Positions 61,994-64,000 of a DNA stretch of 64,000 bases are shown in pieces. Location: the NCBI GenBank assembly GCA_963756875.1, contig CAVWPA010000003.1, positions 1,696,001 to 1,760,000 on the forward strand. Direction: 5' to 3'. Each line of letters begins with the position of its first letter. The stretch's first letter is position 1. The notes below the pieces were generated by a model. The model saw only the letters and a program-made list of their open reading frames with translations, ran no database searches and had not been told where the DNA came from. The DNA comes from an uncultured Verrucomicrobiae bacterium (GTDB lineage: Bacteria > Verrucomicrobiota > Verrucomicrobiia > Chthoniobacterales > UBA10450). A program made the translations under genes and the position numbers.

Positions 61994-62644
61994 TTAATGT
62001 TTCGCGTCTTGGCTCTTGGCGGTCTCGGATTTCGAGAATAGCGCCAGGTACTGACCGTACCCCTCTTCCTTCAATTTCTCAACCGGAATGAACCGTAACG
62101 CCGCTGAGTTGATGCAGTAGCGCTGGCCGGTGGGCGCCGGACCGTCGTCAAAAACATGACCCAGATGCGAATTACTCCTGGCGGAACGGACTTCAGTGCG
62201 TTCCATCCCGGCCGTTCGATCCGCCTTTTGTTCGAGGTGTTCTTTCGAAATCGGTTTTGTGAAACTCGGCCAGCCGGTGCCGGAGTCGAACTTGTCGAGG
62301 GAACTGAAAAGCGGCTCGCCGCTCACGATATCGACGTAAATTCCCGCGTGATGATTGTTCCAGTACGCGTTTTGGAACGGGGGCTCCGTGCCGCACTGCT
62401 GTGTCACATAATATTGCTCGGGCGTGAGCTTTTTGCGCGAATCTGTATTGGCCGATTTGGCGTTTTCGTCGTGGGTTGTTGATGGACTTGTCATAACTCT
62501 CTTGGTCGGTTGCGGTTCATCCTTTTTCTGTGCGCTGGCATGATTAAGGAAAATTAACACGCCGCACAAAGTTGCGAAAACCAACGCGGAGAATACCAAC
62601 ATTCCACGCGGCGATTTCGCCGGTCGTTTGGGTAATTGAATCAC
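61994..62644 (-). CDS. msrB: peptide-methionine (R)-S-oxide reductase, exported
   Basis: Signal peptide; [26 protein letters not shown]. Confidence 0.95.
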   Translation of the reverse strand: MIQLPKRPAKSPRGMLVFSALVFATLCGVLIFLNHASAQKKDEPQPTKRVMTSPSTTHDENAKSANTDSRKKLTPEQYYVTQQCGTEPPFQNAYWNNHHAGIYVDIVSGEPLFSSLDKFDSGTGWPSFTKPISKEHLEQKADRTAGMERTEVRSARSNSHLGHVFDDGPAPTGQRYCINSAALRFIPVEKLKEEGYGQYLALFSKSETAKSQDAKH

Positions 62645-62712
62645 ATGAAAAATATACGTAATTTACTTTTTGGCGACAGTGGAATTTTGCAGCGCAGGCT
62701 GGACTTTTCGGG

Positions 62713-64000
62713 CTAATCCTGGCGTCCCGCTTCGTGCACGCGGATGTATCGGCGAAACACGATCAATCCAATGGGTGCGATCGAAGCGGCCAGACCAAAG
62801 ATCAGCCACATGATCCACGAACGTCGGGGACCTTGAGCCGGGCAAAATGAAGCCAGTAAAAATCCCCCGCCTCCGACAAGGAGTTTGCCGAGCAGGAAAG
62901 GAATGTAGGAGAGAGCACCGTACGAAGCTTCCTGGCCTTTGGGAGCAATGGCGGCGGCATATTCGTAGACTCGCGGCGAATAGAAAGCTTCACCGATCGA
63001 AAAGATCGCAACGTAAATCGCAATCATCACGTAGTAGGGATTAATCGCACCCTGCACGCCCAGATAGATGTGACCAACCCAATCCCCAAGAAAGCCCTGG
63101 GCCGATGCCTGGAACCACTGGGTCGGTAACGCCATGATGAAGACAGACGCGGCGCAGATGATCCCGCCAACCACGACCATTTTGTAAGCCGAGTATTTTT
63201 GAGTGAGCGCGCCGACAATGGGAACGAGAATGATGATGAGAATGTAATTGATCGCCGAGAGCTGACCTATGGGGGCGCCATTTCCCAGTTCTCGAATGCC
63301 GAACTTGGGAAAGACGTAGTCCATCTGCAGGAAAATGAGTTTCAGAAATCCAATCAGAAGTAGAAAACCAAGGAGCCGGTAAAAACCGGATTGGCCCAGA
63401 AGGCGCTTGAATAACCGGACGGTATCGTTAGCACTGTCGCGCACGGTTAGCCAGATGCGCTCCCACAACGCGCGTGTGGCGTACTTTACCGACTCAGGGG
63501 TGAACTTAGGACCTTCATCTGTGGCTTCAGCACCCCGACGCAGAAAGTAAATCGTCGGAAAAAGCAGTATCTCAAATCCGAGGCTTACCAGGAACAGTGC
63601 TCGATAGGTGCTGATGTGTAGCCCGAAAACAGCTAGATGACCATGTTCGCCTAACGTCTGTCGAACGTAGTCGAAAATGCGGGCGGAAATCAGGTAGCCC
63701 ACGTTCATGACCATGTAGATGATTGAAAAGGAGATGGAGCGTTGTCGCGTCGTCGAATACCGCCGCGTGGCTGCGATCAGCACCGGCGTGCCTAATGCCT
63801 CGCCGATGACTAATGGAAACAAGCCACCAACAAGAGCGAGCCATGGCATTGATGTAAACACCATGACGGAGCGAGCAATCAGACAGACAAAAACACCAAA
63901 GAAGAAAGTTCGCCGAAGGCCGAGTGCGTCGGTGAGGGAGCCGGCTAGGAGCGTGCACACGGTCATCGCCGGCGCCCAGACCCATCCCACTAAAGCTCCC
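62713..64000 (-). CDS. MFS transporter (POT/peptide-like), 5'-truncated by window edge
   Basis: GSLTDALGLRR MFS motif, FSIIYMVMNVG, IGEAFYSPR, APKGQEASY. Confidence 0.85.
   Translation of the reverse strand, partial: GALVGWVWAPAMTVCTLLAGSLTDALGLRRTFFFGVFVCLIARSVMVFTSMPWLALVGGLFPLVIGEALGTPVLIAATRRYSTTRQRSISFSIIYMVMNVGYLISARIFDYVRQTLGEHGHLAVFGLHISTYRALFLVSLGFEILLFPTIYFLRRGAEATDEGPKFTPESVKYATRALWERIWLTVRDSANDTVRLFKRLLGQSGFYRLLGFLLLIGFLKLIFLQMDYVFPKFGIRELGNGAPIGQLSAINYILIIILVPIVGALTQKYSAYKMVVVGGIICAASVFIMALPTQWFQASAQGFLGDWVGHIYLGVQGAINPYYVMIAIYVAIFSIGEAFYSPRVYEYAAAIAPKGQEASYGALSYIPFLLGKLLVGGGGFLLASFCPAQGPRRSWIMWLIFGLAASIAPIGLIVFRRYIRVHEAGRQD

Overview
A 64-kb, GC-rich, gene-dense chromosomal segment. 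Gene content and recognisable protein families suggest a soil Verrucomicrobiota genome (Chthoniobacterales/'Ca. Udaeobacter'-like); this is inference from recognition, not a search. It is mostly housekeeping: rpsF-ssb-dprA-topB, nrdR, gyrB-gyrA, psd-pssA, hemL, rluD, recR, lipA and mlaEFD. It also holds a kynurenine-pathway cluster (kmo, kynA, kynB, nbaC, nbaD), an FTR1 iron-permease operon, a partial type II secretion/pseudopilin cluster, glycosyltransferases and tandem msrB paralogues. No integrase, transposase, cas or phage genes were seen. The most striking non-coding feature is a tRNA-Cys(GCA) followed by four near-identical 142-143 bp tandem units. Each unit ends in the last 17 nt of the tRNA gene and looks like a tRNA T-arm split by a 67-68 bp hairpin module. 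Other highlights are a cysteine-free MsrB paralogue, a 277-bp MITE, many REP-like palindromes, inverted 7-9-mer arrays (one enclosing a four-helix-bundle gene remnant) and tandem NrdR-box-like sites. Six single-base insertions (gyrA x3, an anion permease x2, an M90 peptidase x1) are most likely sequencing or assembly errors.
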